DNA of 64,000 bases from Lingula anatina. Its lineage: Eukaryota > Animalia > Brachiopoda. The notes beneath the pieces were generated by a model that saw only the letters and a program-made list of their open reading frames with translations, was not told where the DNA came from and did no database searches. This document shows positions 60,432 to 64,000 of this stretch, piece after piece. Both the position numbers and the translations under genes were made by a program. Every line of letters begins with the position of its first letter. Position 1 is the stretch's first letter. Location of the stretch: assembly GCA_051362555.1 (NCBI GenBank), contig CM120647.1:9424001-9488000 (forward strand). The letters are read 5' to 3'.

Positions 60432-63095
60432 TAGTTTAAGGAGTACCAAATGGACGAGAATGCTCAATGCCCATGCGAGATTCATAACCGATATTTCGTA
60501 CGTGTCACAACTCCATGAAGTAGGCCTCCTATAATGGTTCGGATGAAGGCCGATTTTTTTATCTAAAAGTAAACACATAAAACTTTAAGATCTTTCAGCG
60601 TTCTGCGTTTGTAATTTTCGTCTTCATTAAGAAACCATTGAAGCACTTAGGGAAATCGAGAGCTTAATTCAATATTATCAGAGTATATTCATTGAGTGCA
60701 TCCATTTTGCTCGAACCTAACTGAATTATAATTAGAAATGCGTCAATAACAAATGAGCTATAGAATCCGTAACGAGGTTGAAATGGACTTACAACTTTGT
60801 GATGCAATTTTCCGTAACTAAAAGTGGTTTGGAAATGTATTATGCTACTGGCTCGGTTATTTGCGAATTCAGCAAATTTTTGTCAAAGTCGTCTTGCCGG
60901 TTTGTGAGGAATGGTAATCCACTAGTCCGTTCCCCATTACTTTGTACAGGTGACATTAGTCCCAAAAGGGTATTAGTAACACCAATACTATCCCAAAAAG
61001 CCAAAGCGCTTCCTGCACAATCCTTTATTGACCCAACCTTAAAGAACATACTGGTAGTTTGCTGTTGCAAAAGATTGATTTCGTGTCACACGGATGTAAT
61101 GTTTAATTGATATTAGTTCTTGTGCATCCCCTACTGACTTGAACGATACAGTTCACTTTGACGGGTATGCAGGGAAGTCAAAAACAAAACTGAAAGTGCT
61201 TTACAGCCTCCTGACGTTATACTACCTGTCGCTGTGTCTGTGTGTGTGTAGGATGGGGGTAGGGGGTTACTGTCGGCAAAGCCCCCCCCCCCCCCCCCCC
61301 CCCATTTAACAGGGACCGTACCGAGACCAATAGAAGGTTTAATTTCATGTTATCGGGAACTTATCGAAGGGAAATAGCGCCTATGGCACCACCACGAAAG
61401 CTGCGTCCCTGCTCAAACTTCTGACACCTCTTTTTAGGTAATCTGACCATAAAACGATGCTCCATTCATATGACACCCAGGCTACATGCCGGACCCTCTC
61501 CAGGGCCAAACAGATTATTTTCACTACGTATTTACCGATATTAGTTATCTCCTGCCTACAAAGTACCCTCTACAAGGCCCGCGGATAATAGTGTACTCTT
61601 CTCTATCACAGAGAACAAAATGACCGTCTATTTATCTAAAAACATATTTGTAAATATCTAGTGAAAAATCTATCTCTGACCCTGGAAGAGGGTACGTACT
61701 AGGTAATACTGGGCACATCTCTCTGCACAGCAACGACGTCATCATCCACTGCTCTCTGATAGAGACGAGACACACCCTACTGGTATCTGCTATAGCATAA
61801 TGACGTCACTGCACAGTTATATACTAAGGGCGAAGGGACCGAAGCTGCTATACCAAAGAAGAAAATATCGTGTTTATAGGTCAATATTTTCGGTCATTAA
61901 ATTCCGTACTCCGTGACATATTGAATTAAACACTAAACACTAAAGCGCCATACGATTTGTTTGTATTGCTAATCTTGGACGCCCTGATACAAAAAAGTTC
62001 TGAAATAAATCGTCGGGCATAAACATCCACCAATTCTGTGCTAATCTCTGGTATTTATTTACTTCAAACATTAGGGTCCGTTGACACAAAATGACCGATT
62101 AACTGGACATAAATGGCCGCCACATGTGCGCCCACTCTCTGTTTCATTTGGTCATTTTACGCTTATGCATCCGCATGTTTTCACTCATACCCTTCAGTTG
62201 GTATTCCGGCTACTGTGACAAGTAATTGAACTGAATAAAATGCTTATAAAAGCGTGAACCAGGAATGAGGTATGAAGATTATTTAACAGGACTATTATTA
62301 GCACCATTGGCCGGTGCTATACAGCATTTTTTTCCTTTGCGCAAATTATACGCCTTTTCTGTCCCTTCTCTTTAAGTACAAGAATGTGTTGATACAATTT
62401 CTTCATCTTCTTCAACTTCCGATTCTTAATAGAATTCTTCTCATTATTATTATTATTATTATTGTTGTTGTTGTTGTTTTGGTGTTTTTATAAGATCCTA
62501 AGGGATATCTGATACCAGTGTTTCATGGTACATTTGTATACACAGTAAAACGATACAGTCTTTACTTTTAAACCAATCTGGTGGCGCTGCCTGAATGAGC
62601 AGAGTTTTCTTGTCTTGATTTGTTTCCAGCTGCTAAAACGAGAATGTCAAACAGACATTTCTTATTCATGCTGTTGATGGGTATGACGCACTTATATCTA
62701 AAAGATGTATACATCCAACTGTCACGGCGGACCCAGGGGACCCAGTTATTTCATTAAAAAAAACTTTTTTTTAATGGCACAGTCTTCGTTGAACCCGATC
62801 TTCTTTTTTCTCCTGATTGAAAATTGAAATTGTTTTTTTCTGTAATCACATATGAAAGCATACATCAATTCATACAAGGACAGTAGGTGTATTTACAAAA
62901 GAACCGCCCGATGTTTATAATACATTCTCTACATGATACTGTCATGAGAATGAAGATTTACTGATATCAAATCAATAGAATAGATAAATTACCGTCTGGA
63001 TATTGAGGAGGAAACAACAAGATGCGCTTATCAATATCAGCCATGTGGTGACCCTAAACTGTTTGAATTTGTTACTGGTCAGTGCCTTTCAAAAT

Positions 63096-63314
63096 ATGGC
63101 CGCATTCACAACCAAAGTTGATCCGTGGACTAACAGATCCGCGTGTCAGTCCGCTGACTAAAAGATCCCTGGATCAAATATGGCCAAACCACTTGAAAGT
63201 ATGCCATGTATTCCATTAGGGGAATATATCCAGTGTCTATAAGGGGATAATGCTGCAATTTTGAAGTAGGTCGGCCATATTAGTTCTGCGGATCAACTAG
63301 TTCTGAATGCGCCG
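63096..63314. mobile_element. MITE related to 18789-18973
   Basis: Shares gtggactaacagatcc, ggatcaaatatggcc and gtcggccatatt..gttctgaatgcgc. Confidence 0.55.
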
Positions 63315-64000
63315 TATTTTCACACGAGGGGTTAAACAAGTACCGGGACGTTGCCTCTGACGTAATAATTTTATTAAACCTATAAAGAAGAATTGATAAA
63401 TTACCGTCTGGATATTGAGAGAGAGAGAGCCAAAGATTTCCTGGATTTATTCACCTTGTTTATTTGCCTATTAACATAAAGTCAGTTTGGCGGAGGTGTC
63501 TTCCTGCTGGGCTGACAACTTTTTCATGTCTCTGGCTCACGGTTAAAGCATCAAACCCCCGTCCTATGGATTCTCCCTGAACAGATAGTCCAGGCAACTT
63601 TGTAGCAATTTTCATTCGGACATTATTACTTGCGGTAATGAAATTTATAAATCGACCGACTAAAACTATCATTTCCATAATCGATTGTAGGAGTCGCCAC
63701 TGGGGTCGTAAGGACACCAAATGCATGCAAGATAGTCCAGTAATTGAAAAAGCAGACGATCATCGGAACAGTTGAAAACCACTGAAGCTAGCCACAGAAG
63801 GTCTTCCCGATCGGATATTTAGAAAATAATCGAGGTAAGTGGACGTAATGGATTTTCCATTTGTTTTGATAATCATCCAAAAATACACCGCGACGGGAAA
63901 GAGCAAGTTAATCTACTTCCTGCCTAAGGTTAAATGAAAGTATTGGTGTAACTAAACTTTAATGAGAAGCGATGAAAATCGTCTGTAAAAGAGCAATATA

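Overview
AT-rich eukaryotic genomic DNA, most likely from a marine invertebrate (inferred from spliceosomal splice signals, microsatellites, animal-type TEs and many TACATGTA motifs; the species cannot be determined here). No rRNA, tRNA or CRISPR array was seen. Positions ~5-46 kb hold a minus-strand tandem array of one uncharacterised gene family: six intact copies with uninterrupted CDSs (419-431 aa) and about six truncated or decayed copies. Copy labels A-F are my own. The proteins have type II membrane topology (short basic tail, one TM helix, variable stem) and a conserved luminal domain with a hydrophobic strand followed by DDD, consistent with a GT-A fold glycosyltransferase-like enzyme. 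Each copy appears to have a non-coding 5' exon and one 5'-UTR intron. The array shows two segmental duplications, mosaic (conversion-like) tracts, a few hypervariable residues and a fold-back rearrangement junction. It is densely invaded by TEs (Kolobok-like, CACTA/EnSpm with a decayed SAMD3-like ORF, Tc1, two LINE 3' ends, many MITEs). Paralog comparison shows TA to TACATGTA changes resembling excision footprints. Positions 47-64 kb are essentially non-coding, with a piggyBac-like element, MITEs and two isolated strong splice donors.
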